DNA of 64,000 nt from a virus. Its lineage: Duplodnaviria; Caudoviricetes. The notes under the pieces were generated by a model. It had not been told where the DNA came from. It searched no databases and worked only from the letters and a program-made list of their open reading frames with translations. Positions 1-10,200 of this stretch are shown piece by piece. The position numbers and the translations under genes were made by a program. Every line of letters starts with the position of its first letter. The stretch's first letter is position 1. The stretch lies in IMG/VR virus record IMGVR_UViG_651703002_000001, positions 32,001 through 96,000 of that record; one strand, given 5' to 3'.

Positions 1-2136
1 CTTTAGCATTACACTAACCGGAACTTTGCCAGATTTATAACTTTGAGGAATGTAGCTAGTGTTTACACTGATTCCTTGATCAAAGAATTTCTGAATTACT
101 GCACATATTGAAAGATAACCAGTCATTCCGTTTTCACGTACCATAGCCCAAAGAGTTTGATATTCATCACTTAGGATATCAACATCAGGAACTAGCTGGT
201 TAAACGCACCATCTTTTGACGCTTTGGTTGACAGTAGAGCACGAACCGGCTCAACGCCATTAGTTGCATTCAGAAGCTGTGAGCTGCTTTCTGACGGCAT
301 CTGAGCGGTCAGGGTATCATTACGAAGACCATACTTAAGAATCTCGGTACGAAGCCATTCCCAGTCCTGTTTAAGAACGTTAGGGGTCAACAGATCCACA
401 TTCTTATTATACCAATCGATAGGCAACAGACCTTTAGACCATTTGGTACGATCATGCCACTCACTCGCACCACGTTCTTTAGCTAGTTCCATAGACGCTC
501 TAATGTGGGAGAATTGGATAGCTTCAAAATGTTCGTGTACTAGGGCCAACGCTTCCGGACTATTATAATTGACGAAGTTTTTAGCCAAGAAATAAGCTAG
601 GTTAACAACACCAATACCAAGAGAGCGGCGTTTCTTTGCTTTCTCTGCGGCTTTAACAGGATAATCCTGATAATCCAACAGGTTATCTAGTGCCCGTACA
701 ATAATACGACTAAGGCGAATATAATCAGAAGTGGTTTTAATCTTACCCAAGTTTATTGCACTCAGAGTACACAGTGCGATTTCTTCATCCTTATCAGCCA
801 TCGGATTATGTCGGGAAGATTTAATCTCAACACAAAGATTCGTCATTTTAATTGGTTCGATATATGGAGTTTGCTTATTTACGTTATCAACAAACATTGC
901 ATAAATTCGACCAGTCCCAGCCCGTTCGGTCAACATAGTGGTAAACAAATCGGCGGCTTTAATTCGCTTCTTACGGATAACATGATTCATTTCAAGCTTT
1001 TTATAACGCTCTATAAACTTGGAACTATCCGAATCATAAAAATCTTTATAAAGAAGACCATTATCTATATCCGGACTAAACAGTGTGATATAACCATCTT
1101 CTTTAAGTCTTTCAATAAAGAACTTGTTAATATGTACTGTATAATCAATATTACGAATACGGGTTTCTTCAGTACCTTTATTATTTTTCAATACCAGAAG
1201 CTTTTCAACTTCCAAATGCCACATAGGATAGTTAATATTACCACTACCACCACGAACACCACCTTGGCTACAGCTCTTAACACCGGTAGTAAAATGTTTC
1301 CAGAATGGAATGACCCCAGTGTGGGAAACTTCCCCCGAGCGGATACGAGATCCTTCAGCACGAATAGCACCACCATTAATACCAATACCGGCACGGCGGG
1401 AAATATATTTCATTATCGCTTTTGATGTTTCTCCGATAGATTCAAGAGAGTCACCGGATTCAATTTTAACGCATGAGCTAAATTGACGAGTTGGAGTTCT
1501 TACACCAGAAAGAATTGGTGTCGGTAGAGAAATTTCAAAATTACTAGCGGCATTATAAAAATCGATAACATATTCCAAACGTTTGGAAACGTCTTCTTCT
1601 TGATGAAGACACATAGCTTGTAACATATATGCAAACTGTGGAGTTTCATAAATTGTACCGTTAGAACGGTCTTTTACAAGATATTTTTCTTTATACTGCA
1701 TAGCACCAGCATAAGTGAAATTCATATCTCGGGTGTGATCGATAATACCTTGTAGAATTTCATATTCTTTTTCAGAATATTTATATATCAGATCTCGATC
1801 ATAATGACCACTAGCAACCAAACCTTTAACATGATCATAAATATGTGGGGGGTCGAACTGATTGTATACTTTCTTACGCAAAGCGTACATAGTCAAACGA
1901 CCAGCAACATATTGATAATCCGGCTCATCTACCGATATAAGGTCAACAGCGGCTTTGATAACCAATTTCTGGATATCCTTAGTGCTCATACCTTCCATAA
2001 TAGCGGGTTTTGCTGCTTCAAGAATTGTGTGTGGATCTGCCTCTAACCCTTGACAGGCAAAGTCAACAACTTTGAAAATTTTATCGAATGAAAATTCTTC
2101 GGTTATACCGGACGACTTCAAAACGGTGTTAATCAT
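1..2136 (-). CDS. nrdA: ribonucleotide reductase class Ia alpha subunit (3' end runs off window)
   Basis: Manual translation from ATG at 2136 (MINTVLKSSG..., ATP cone) is open to base 1; motifs PTPILSGVRTPTRQFSSC, SCSQGGVRGG, NLCVEI, IALCTL, QMPSESSSQ. Missing from the ORF track because no stop codon lies in the window. Confidence 0.95.
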   Translation of the reverse strand, partial: MINTVLKSSGITEEFSFDKIFKVVDFACQGLEADPHTILEAAKPAIMEGMSTKDIQKLVIKAAVDLISVDEPDYQYVAGRLTMYALRKKVYNQFDPPHIYDHVKGLVASGHYDRDLIYKYSEKEYEILQGIIDHTRDMNFTYAGAMQYKEKYLVKDRSNGTIYETPQFAYMLQAMCLHQEEDVSKRLEYVIDFYNAASNFEISLPTPILSGVRTPTRQFSSCVKIESGDSLESIGETSKAIMKYISRRAGIGINGGAIRAEGSRIRSGEVSHTGVIPFWKHFTTGVKSCSQGGVRGGSGNINYPMWHLEVEKLLVLKNNKGTEETRIRNIDYTVHINKFFIERLKEDGYITLFSPDIDNGLLYKDFYDSDSSKFIERYKKLEMNHVIRKKRIKAADLFTTMLTERAGTGRIYAMFVDNVNKQTPYIEPIKMTNLCVEIKSSRHNPMADKDEEIALCTLSAINLGKIKTTSDYIRLSRIIVRALDNLLDYQDYPVKAAEKAKKRRSLGIGVVNLAYFLAKNFVNYNSPEALALVHEHFEAIQFSHIRASMELAKERGASEWHDRTKWSKGLLPIDWYNKNVDLLTPNVLKQDWEWLRTEILKYGLRNDTLTAQMPSESSSQLLNATNGVEPVRALLSTKASKDGAFNQLVPDVDILSDEYQTLWAMVRENGMTGYLSICAVIQKFFDQGISVNTSYIPQSYKSGKVPVSVMLK

Positions 2137-2182
2137 TACTTATTATTTCCTTTATTTTCCTTTCGTTCATTATAACACAGAA

Positions 2183-2209
2183 CCTAAATACCTATATACA
2201 TTATAAATA
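2183..2209 (+). promoter_or_regulatory. tandem late promoters (CCTAAATA 2183-2190, TATAAATA 2202-2209) for the GIY-YIG gene
   Basis: T4-type late -10 boxes upstream of SD GAGGA and ATG 2224. Confidence 0.65.
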
Positions 2210-2223
2210 TTGAGGATATTAAA

Positions 2224-3120
2224 ATGATCAATTATGGACACTGGGTAACAGATTGTAAATTTGACCCAAGAGAAGTTTTGGGATTTGTTTACATGATCAC
2301 ATTTAGCAACGGTAAAAAATACATCGGAGCTAAACGAGTATGGAAAAACTTAAAGAGGCCCCCAGCCACATACAAACGACAAGGTAAAACCGAATTCATA
2401 GAATCCGATTGGAGATCTTATCGTAGTAGCAGTAACGAGGTTGTCGAACTTGAAACCCAAGGCATTCAGATTACAGAAATGCGGATTCTGGCACAATACG
2501 ACACATGGGGAAAAGTCCTTCTCTTGGAATGTATGCTTCAATTCTCTTTAAACGCATTGACCTCTGATGTATACCTTAACAAGCAGATTGAAGGTATGTT
2601 TACGGCTTCATGCTTTGATAAAGCGGTATATGACGATGTAGCACGATTAGTTGCTATCGAGCAATACGATGAATCGGTCGCACAGGTGATCGTTTACAGA
2701 GGTGGAGATAGAAGCGTTATATGCGACAAACCCACCGCTAAGGAATATATCAGAGCGGGATGGTCGGTTGCATCTCTACCTAACACGTATCAAAGAGAAA
2801 GTCATCCTATGACACCTTACACAATCAAGTGTAAGGAATCTGGAAAAGAGTATACCATTACAGATTTCAAAAAACAATATGAAATTGCAAATGAAATTGA
2901 ATGTCCTGCTGGGGATTTGAGTCGTCTTCGTTCTGGTGAGATTTTGAACATCGGAACCTATACCATGAAAGATCAACGAGAACCCCAGAAGTGGGTTAAA
3001 GATGGTGTATGTTACTATAATGCAGCCGAAATGAAAGCCGCAAAGGTTGATAAATCTGAATGCGAACACTTCCCAGCCGAAGACAGGGAAGCATATCGGA
3101 TCCGGTTATCCCTTCTATGA
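2224..3120 (+). CDS. GIY-YIG family endonuclease (Seg-like putative homing endonuclease)
   Basis: GFVYMIT-x4-KKYIG motif, downstream WRSYRSSS and conserved Glu; C-terminal HTH-like segment (YEIANEIECPAGDLSRL); free-standing, opposite strand to neighbours. Confidence 0.75.
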   Translation: MINYGHWVTDCKFDPREVLGFVYMITFSNGKKYIGAKRVWKNLKRPPATYKRQGKTEFIESDWRSYRSSSNEVVELETQGIQITEMRILAQYDTWGKVLLLECMLQFSLNALTSDVYLNKQIEGMFTASCFDKAVYDDVARLVAIEQYDESVAQVIVYRGGDRSVICDKPTAKEYIRAGWSVASLPNTYQRESHPMTPYTIKCKESGKEYTITDFKKQYEIANEIECPAGDLSRLRSGEILNIGTYTMKDQREPQKWVKDGVCYYNAAEMKAAKVDKSECEHFPAEDREAYRIRLSLL

Positions 3121-3231
3121 TAGAAGGAAATACGCAGCAAAAACCCACTCAAACCAAACGGTAATAAGTTGTGGGTGTACCTTCATAAAGAAGGGTACTA
3201 GAGGTATAGTGATTTTAAATTGTTTTTGCAT
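3115..3231 (-). CDS. small hydrophobic hypothetical protein (38 aa)
   Basis: MQKQFKITIPLVPFFMKVHPQLITVWFEWVFAAYFLLS*, SD AAGGT and a strong promoter directly upstream. Confidence 0.45.
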   Translation of the reverse strand: MQKQFKITIPLVPFFMKVHPQLITVWFEWVFAAYFLLS

Positions 3232-3261
3232 TTTAATTTACCTTGTATATGATTTAAAATG

Positions 3262-3291
3262 ATCATACACCAACTCACGGAAGATGTAAAC
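3262..3291 (-). promoter_or_regulatory. early (sigma70-type) promoter pointing toward nrdA
   Basis: GTTTACA-17 nt-TATGAT on the minus strand, matching the T4 early consensus GTTTAC...TAnnnT. Confidence 0.7.
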
Positions 3292-3299
3292 TAAAATCT

Positions 3300-3408
3300 T
3301 TCGAACGTAGTGAGACGGCGCAGCCGGTTCGTTTCACTCACATTTCTAATTATAAAGTTTCTATTAATATATTATAGAACTCTATAATTTGATTGCACTT
3401 GAAACTAT
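3300..3408 (-). repeat. non-coding ~110 bp element, copy 1 (inverted relative to 27265-27377); origin-like
   Basis: Reverse complement matches 27265-27377 with a 39-nt identical core AGTTCTATAATATATTAATAGAAACTTTATAATTAGAAA. Confidence 0.9.
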
Positions 3409-3419
3409 CCTACAGACAC

Positions 3420-3452
3420 AAAGAGCCTATCCCGAAATGGATAGGCTCTTTT
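3420..3452. terminator. intrinsic terminator after gp35
   Basis: AAGAGCCTATCC-CGAAAT-GGATAGGCTCTT hairpin with T/A tracts. Confidence 0.8.
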
Positions 3453-3456
3453 ATTT

Positions 3457-6400
3457 TTAGTAGATTGCAGGTTTCCATATAGGAGACGTTATATTTAGAC
3501 CAACACCAATCGGTCTGAATGATATCACCTTATAACTGGTAGGTTTCATCCAATCTTCAAGCTCTTGAGATTTTTGAACAACATAATTTCCGTTACCTTT
3601 TGAAGCAAATACCTTCAATGGAACTTTACCCATAAAAACTACCTCAATTTCAGTAAATGGAGTAACGTTACCTTCAAACTCTATAATAACTCCGTTTGAA
3701 GGAAGTCCCTCTACTATCTTAGTTAATTTATAATTATGGATATAAAAGTCGTCTTTTAATCTTCCGTTACTTGCTACATCACCATAAGAACCATCCCATC
3801 CAATTATACCAGACGGTAATGTGGTTGTTCTGATCTTCTTATTATAAACTAGTGTGTTCTGTATTGTAGCGTCTATTGGTTGTACAAATCCAGTTTTAAC
3901 TAATTCATATCTTCTGGAATCATCTCTGGTAAGTGATGTTTCTGTTAATTCTACGGTATCTAATTGTCCCGTGAAGTTAACACCACATCGATCCGATAAG
4001 CTCCCATAAATGTGAGTGTAGTTTGTACTCGTTCTTGCTTTATTAGCTGTAATTATTACGTTTGGATATACATAATCTACAACAATATCAAATGGAGATC
4101 CTAATGCAATTCCGTGAGTCAAATTAAGATTAACCCTTTGGGTGTTTGCATTCCTAATGTTAAAGTTTAATGTAGTATTAGTCACTGTTAATTTAATAGC
4201 ATTCGCAACATCCGAGCAATTTAATAATTCCCCAGCAGAAAAGCTTTTTCCAGTAAATCTAATTCTGTATGCTTTCTCATTAGGGATCCAACTAGGAAGA
4301 ATATCCATATATTTTCCTGATATATTCGGAACCCATGCGCTCATGTTATTACCTATCATTTGCGGTTCGTAAAACTCATCAAAGAAGTAACTTTCGGATT
4401 GAACATTACTACCTATTCCATCTGTATTGGTTACATATACAACCATACTTCTCAGAATTACAGTATCCCCAATTCGCGCATTCGGAACACAAATATAAAC
4501 TCCAGAATCATAGTTGGTCGCGGTATGATCTGATATCAATATACCTTTATATCTTCCGGCTCCCAATGATTTCATAGTATCGCCAACACCAACAGACGTA
4601 CCATAAACATCTTTCAACAATACAGGCTTTGTAGATTCTATATCATATTCTATTCTAAATTTTCCCCGAGAAGGTAAATTTAAATGGTATGACATTCCAC
4701 CCTCAGAAACATCCTTAGTAAATCTGAAACTATTATTACTTAGAATGGTTATTGGATTATTTATAGAATCGCTCATTTTCCATTTACGGACGTCTACAAA
4801 ACTATATACTTTGCTTGACTGACCATTTAAGTCAACCATACCAGTTGAGTAAGAGTTTAATCTAGATTCATATATGTTCTTATATTGTCTTAGGTCTTTA
4901 TCCGCAGATATTGAAATATCCCATATTTTACCTCTCAGTATATTAACACCGTTATATCTTGCACCGATTCTTCTAACTACGGAATTTAGGTCCATTTCAA
5001 TAACTAAGCTATATGGAATACCGTTTTCTATTACAACCACGTCACCAGATGCCGAAGTTGGAGACTTTCCATTAATAGACACGATTTTATAGTTTGCCGA
5101 AGTGTTTATAGTGTTATTGGATTTTATATATACCCACCCACCTTGCAACTCTTGGGTATTACTGCTTCTACCCTCGATTATATACCCAGTAGTTGATTGA
5201 TATTGAATAAACTTTAAAGTTATATATCCTTTATTATTGATAGAATATACCGGGGGAATATCAACCCAAGAACTTCCATCAAAATTAAAAGAAAAGTTTC
5301 TATTCTTAACCCAGTCAATATTACTTGGTTTTGTTCCGTGCAATACCGGATCAGTTATACAGTCAACATCAAATTCTAGCTGGGCCATGCTTCCCGCAGT
5401 TATCCAATTATCAGCACCAGCTTTAAATGCGGTTAGATGCCAAGTATTTAAAAATCCTGCGTTTGTATTTTTAAATGCAGTAACTTCGTATCTATGATTC
5501 ATTTTTACGTTGGGATGTAAAGTTGCACCATTGTTTTTAACTATAGTGACAAACGCCTTAGCACCTTCTTTCATTCCAGCGGGTATTAAATTCGAACCAG
5601 TACCACAATATAGCCACCCAGAACCACCATTAGGAACTATGTTACTTCCAGAATAACTCATATTCCCACCGGGGCTAGTTCCCTTAACGAAATCAAGTTT
5701 TTCAGATGAACTATAATTGTAATATCTTGAGTTATTCGGATCACTCATATCTTGGTAATCTGAGGATATTACATATCCGTCCATTTCATTACCAACCAAT
5801 ATTGATTCTAATGTCCTAATTCTGGTTGCTGTAATTGTTGTAGTTCCTACTAAAACGTCATCAACATAAAAATCAACGTTAGTGTTATCAACAACCATTT
5901 TATATAGGTATTCTTTATTACAAGAAACATTTGCCTCTTTGAATATAGTTATACCATTAAAAATCAATAGGTGACCCATACCGTTCGTATATTTCTCAGA
6001 CGTACTGCCAATGAAAAATGTATCATCGGTGCCTGAACCATTACGAATTCCAGAAACATCTGTATTTGAATATACAACAGAAGTTAAATATGTAAATTTC
6101 AGACCCAATATAAGAGTTGGTAGAGTTATATATTTTCCAGACCCATAAGTGAAATGAGGAAAACTAACCGGTTCCCAATTACCATATTCAAAAGAAGTTA
6201 CGTTTTTCTCTAAAAAACTTCCAACTATATTACCGGATGTTTCTTTAGCGTCTTCTGTAATAAATCCCCATCGACCAAAGGATCCTTTCCCCGGCTTTGA
6301 TATATTTGGTTTTTTCCTATAAACAGAAATACATCTAGTACCAAATGTTCCTTGATATGAAGATTTTATAGGCCATGCGGTTGCGTATATTCTCATATTA

Positions 6401-7242
6401 TCAATTGTACTAGGGATGACTATTTCGCCGTATTTATATACCCAACTACCAGACGAGTCAGATAGATCAACGAAATCAGAAGTAACTGATGTATTCCCTC
6501 TATATCCCATAAAATACAATCTTATGGATTCTCCGGAATCCGCAGCCAAATCGTTTCTATACATATCGACACTAATTCTTAAAGTTTCTCCGGTATTAAC
6601 TACCAGACTAGCCAAACTTTGAGAACCGTTCATATATCTAACAATTTCCGGATTTGTTGGGGTTTCAGATATATATTCGTTTTGATCATACACCAAAGCA
6701 TTTCCGTAACCAGCAACACCAATATCAGAAAATGTATCAAATATAGATTCTAGCGAAACTTTAATATCACTGGATACTCCAATCATTTCTACCATAATTT
6801 TCTTTAGTCCGGTATCGAATATTGCACAATACCTTGTTGAAGATGTACCATTAGATGAATTCCAATGGTTTTCCCATCCAATATTACCAATCTTTTTAAA
6901 TACCGCATTTATTGTACTATTTGTGGTATTTGTCCCTTTTGACTTCATAAGGACAATACCAGCACTCAAAGATGTTAGCCAGCTATCAAACCGATTTACG
7001 TCAGTTTGAATAGAGAAATCAAATACATCTCGAACCCCTACAGATAGGTCCGGTAATATCTGTATACACTCAAGACCATTTCGATCTGAAGGTATAACAG
7101 AGAACCCGTCTATTGATACGATTTGGGGTTCTGTTCCATTTTCGGGAAATATCTTAATTTGATGCAATCCAGAAAAATTTTCTGATAGTGCATTCGCCTT
7201 TATGCCAGCACCTGACACACTCGAAATAATAAGTTCCGCCAT
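3457..7242 (-). CDS. gp35: long tail fiber hinge gp35 with ~900-aa C-terminal extension
   Basis: N-terminal ~335 aa resemble T4 gp35 (ALSEN, FDTFSDIGVAGY, GSWVYK..IVIP, ISKP..FG); directly follows gp34. Confidence 0.8.
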   Translation of the reverse strand: MAELIISSVSGAGIKANALSENFSGLHQIKIFPENGTEPQIVSIDGFSVIPSDRNGLECIQILPDLSVGVRDVFDFSIQTDVNRFDSWLTSLSAGIVLMKSKGTNTTNSTINAVFKKIGNIGWENHWNSSNGTSSTRYCAIFDTGLKKIMVEMIGVSSDIKVSLESIFDTFSDIGVAGYGNALVYDQNEYISETPTNPEIVRYMNGSQSLASLVVNTGETLRISVDMYRNDLAADSGESIRLYFMGYRGNTSVTSDFVDLSDSSGSWVYKYGEIVIPSTIDNMRIYATAWPIKSSYQGTFGTRCISVYRKKPNISKPGKGSFGRWGFITEDAKETSGNIVGSFLEKNVTSFEYGNWEPVSFPHFTYGSGKYITLPTLILGLKFTYLTSVVYSNTDVSGIRNGSGTDDTFFIGSTSEKYTNGMGHLLIFNGITIFKEANVSCNKEYLYKMVVDNTNVDFYVDDVLVGTTTITATRIRTLESILVGNEMDGYVISSDYQDMSDPNNSRYYNYSSSEKLDFVKGTSPGGNMSYSGSNIVPNGGSGWLYCGTGSNLIPAGMKEGAKAFVTIVKNNGATLHPNVKMNHRYEVTAFKNTNAGFLNTWHLTAFKAGADNWITAGSMAQLEFDVDCITDPVLHGTKPSNIDWVKNRNFSFNFDGSSWVDIPPVYSINNKGYITLKFIQYQSTTGYIIEGRSSNTQELQGGWVYIKSNNTINTSANYKIVSINGKSPTSASGDVVVIENGIPYSLVIEMDLNSVVRRIGARYNGVNILRGKIWDISISADKDLRQYKNIYESRLNSYSTGMVDLNGQSSKVYSFVDVRKWKMSDSINNPITILSNNSFRFTKDVSEGGMSYHLNLPSRGKFRIEYDIESTKPVLLKDVYGTSVGVGDTMKSLGAGRYKGILISDHTATNYDSGVYICVPNARIGDTVILRSMVVYVTNTDGIGSNVQSESYFFDEFYEPQMIGNNMSAWVPNISGKYMDILPSWIPNEKAYRIRFTGKSFSAGELLNCSDVANAIKLTVTNTTLNFNIRNANTQRVNLNLTHGIALGSPFDIVVDYVYPNVIITANKARTSTNYTHIYGSLSDRCGVNFTGQLDTVELTETSLTRDDSRRYELVKTGFVQPIDATIQNTLVYNKKIRTTTLPSGIIGWDGSYGDVASNGRLKDDFYIHNYKLTKIVEGLPSNGVIIEFEGNVTPFTEIEVVFMGKVPLKVFASKGNGNYVVQKSQELEDWMKPTSYKVISFRPIGVGLNITSPIWKPAIY

Positions 7243-7257
7243 TTTAAATCCCCAATT

Positions 7258-7285
7258 AAAAAGCCACCCCGAAGGATGGCTTTTG
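7258..7285 (-). terminator. terminator/hairpin with CUUCGG tetraloop between gp34 and gp35
   Basis: Minus strand AAAAGCCATCC-TTCG-GGGTGGCTTTTT. Confidence 0.75.
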
Positions 7286-7286
7286 T

Positions 7287-10200
7287 TTAACTAATCCAAA
7301 CAAAGTCTACAGACTTGGTTACTGGGTTTGCTCTTATCTCTAAGAATTCCCCGTTACCAACTGCTATCCTAAGTTTATTTAGGGTTGTAGTTCCAGAAAC
7401 CGCAACGTCTCCATTTGCAGTCAATGCCTTTATAGAGTTGATGATCAACTCTCCGGTCATAGTATCACCGCCCTTGAATACCCGAGTTCCGGATGTGTTA
7501 TTAACATCATCGATCACAGAGTCGAGGTAATCTTTACGGATCGCGTCTTCTGGTTCAACTGGGGTAGTGGTCATTATTTTAACCTGACCAGAAACCCGTA
7601 GATCTCCGTTAGGTTCAAATCGACTCACGTTTGCAGGAGAAGCCAATCCGTTTGGACGGATAGACAATCCATTTAGAGAACCAAATGATATACTTTCATC
7701 AAGACCTATACTTATTCCACTCTTAGATGTATTACCCATCCAGATATTGTGAACACCATTTTTCTTAAAGTAAGTATCTGCGTTGAATGTTTTCTGACCA
7801 GTAATAGTTTCGTTAACTCCACCCGCAGCCTTAACATAACGAATTTCGGTGTAACCGTAACGAGTTAAGTGATCATTATGAGTCGGGTCAAATCCACCAT
7901 TTGAAACGTTATTTGTAAATACCGCATTACCATTTCTGTTTAGTGTCCATACTCGGTAATATGAACCTCCGGCATCTTTAGCGTTAACAACTAACGGACC
8001 ATCAACCGCATTAACACCTATATCAAGTTGTTGGCTAGTTACCCCACCTTTATAGGTCAACATGGTTATCTGTGAAGTACCACGTTCATCCACCAATGTA
8101 AGGGCTGCACCATTACCAGATATTAACGGGTTAGCACTAAATGTCATAACTCCGGTAATTGTCTGAGCGATAGTTCTACGAACCCAATCTGAAGAAGGAA
8201 CTCTAACACCACCCTCATCCATTGCATCCGCACTAACCGCAACAGCCCGTTTAGGTAAAAAGTTCATAAGAGCTGTGTTTAATCCTCTAGGAGATACAAC
8301 AATGTCCCCATGGGCATAACTTGAAAGAGTCCGAGTAGAACCAGCAATGTCGTTACCTTCAAACACGGAATTCGCCACGTTATTGTTCGTCAATACCGCA
8401 GTCATACCAACACCATATCTGGCATCTGTCATTCGGTAACTAGTACCGGATCTGACCGAGTTCAGATTAGTCAAAGGTGTTACTGCCTTGGTGTTATTTG
8501 TACCGGTATCAACATCACCTTGTGTGGCTAAGTACAATATACCAGTCTGGCTTGTTGAAGCCATACGCGCCGAAAGCTTTCTAGGAGTCAAGATCACATC
8601 GTCTCTAGAACCAACAGACATATCATTTGACTCTGCTTGTGTGGCGATTCTAGCAGTTCCTCTTTGGATTTCTGTAGGTACAACAACACCAAACTGTTGA
8701 CCTTGCCAGATATTTCCTGTAGAAGTAAGACCGTCATCCGCGACAACAGTTAGACGCTCACGAACCAACCAGTTTCCAAAAGTTTTAGGAGACACAAAGA
8801 ATCTATCGTGTAGGGTTCCTGCATCTACTTCTGCTTGGGTAGAGGTTTCACCCAAACCGGTTCTGGTTTCTGTTGCGGTACGGCTAACCAAACCTTTCGG
8901 GGTTACATGCACGTTGTCATCAGCCGGTGGAGCCATGCTAATCACTTCAGCCGCAGTTGCTGCCCGAGTCAAACCGGTCATGGCTGACGTTGCTTGACGA
9001 CCGTTTAAAGTGGTTGCAGTAACTACCAACGGACCATTTGCATTATCAGCCGCACCTGTGTTAACCTCGTTTTGGTTACCAACGAATACCATCCCTTGGG
9101 AGAATTCAGTTGCTACCTTTTCAAACAGGGTTTTAGGAGTTACTGCATTAGAATGGTCTGTGAAGTCATGAACCCCAGTACCTTTAGTGGTTCTAGTTGG
9201 TTGTTTTGTTCCACCAAAATTGACAAGACCAATCAAACCCGGCATAGTCTCGGTAGATATACGACCTGCTAATGTTTGTGGAGTAATTGCAACCTGACCC
9301 CAGTTTTCGCCAGATCCTGACTGCGCGTTAGCTTGTGCTTGAGTAGCAACCTTAAACACACCTCTCATTGAGGTAGTTCCTAACCGGTCATTTAGTAGAA
9401 ACGGGGTAATTGCTACACCCGACCAAGCTTCATCATTCAGGTTTCCGGTAGTTGCTTTTGATTCTAGGTTAGTAGATAATCTAATTATACCACGTCTGGT
9501 TCCTGTTGCCGTTTTGTTAGCTAAAGGTTTCTGAAGTAACGAAATCCTCACAATCTGGGTTTTGACCAGTGGAATATCTTCTTTATTTTTGTTAACACTA
9601 GCTTGTGATGCAATCGAAGCCATACCATAAAAATCTGGAACGGTTCTATCTACTCGGTATGGAATTGTTGTCATGGTCACTAGTGCCCACACATCATTTC
9701 CAGATCCTAACGCATTTTTAAAGTATACAAATTCCATCTGTTCGCCACGGTTATTAATGGCAAATGTCTGGGTTTTTGTAATGTGACTAGGAAGGTCGGT
9801 AAGTAGATCTCTATATGCACTAATTCTAGGATTTGTCAACGTATTTCCATCAGGTAAGAAATAATCGTTGGTACTTCCTGCATCAATAGACAAGGTTAAG
9901 CTAGAACCGTTGACCATATATCGTGTGTCAACAAACAGACTATCCCCGTTTGCCGCATCTTTTGGAAAAGTTATCTTTACTTCAGTTGAGGTTTGTGTGT
10001 ATACTACCAACTGGTCATTCGGAGAAGAACTGTAAGTTGCGGTTTTTACACTTTTCCAACGACTCATACTGTCAGAGTCGAAAACTCTCCAAGCGTTAGC
10101 GTTACGGTCAAAAACTAGGATACCCCAATCGGTGGAATCAAATTGAGCAGTTTTAACAGATGGTTGACCTGCAATAACAATTATGTTATGCGTACTATCT

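Noticed and set aside
808-2046. Plus-strand ORFs 808-1425 and 1804-2046 and minus-strand 1188-1394
   Set aside because: Shadows or alternative frames of nrdA
1-2136. Intron, intein or split in nrdA
   Set aside because: Frame is continuous for 712 codons with normal motif spacing
3047-3262. 71-aa plus-strand ORF
   Set aside because: TTG start inside the nuclease gene, no SD; the opposite-strand 38-aa ORF has a promoter and SD
8400-9620. Repeats in gp34 and gp12 (ATET.G / VTP units)
   Set aside because: Ordinary structural repeats of T4 fibres, diverged at DNA level; no sign of a diversity-generating or shufflon system
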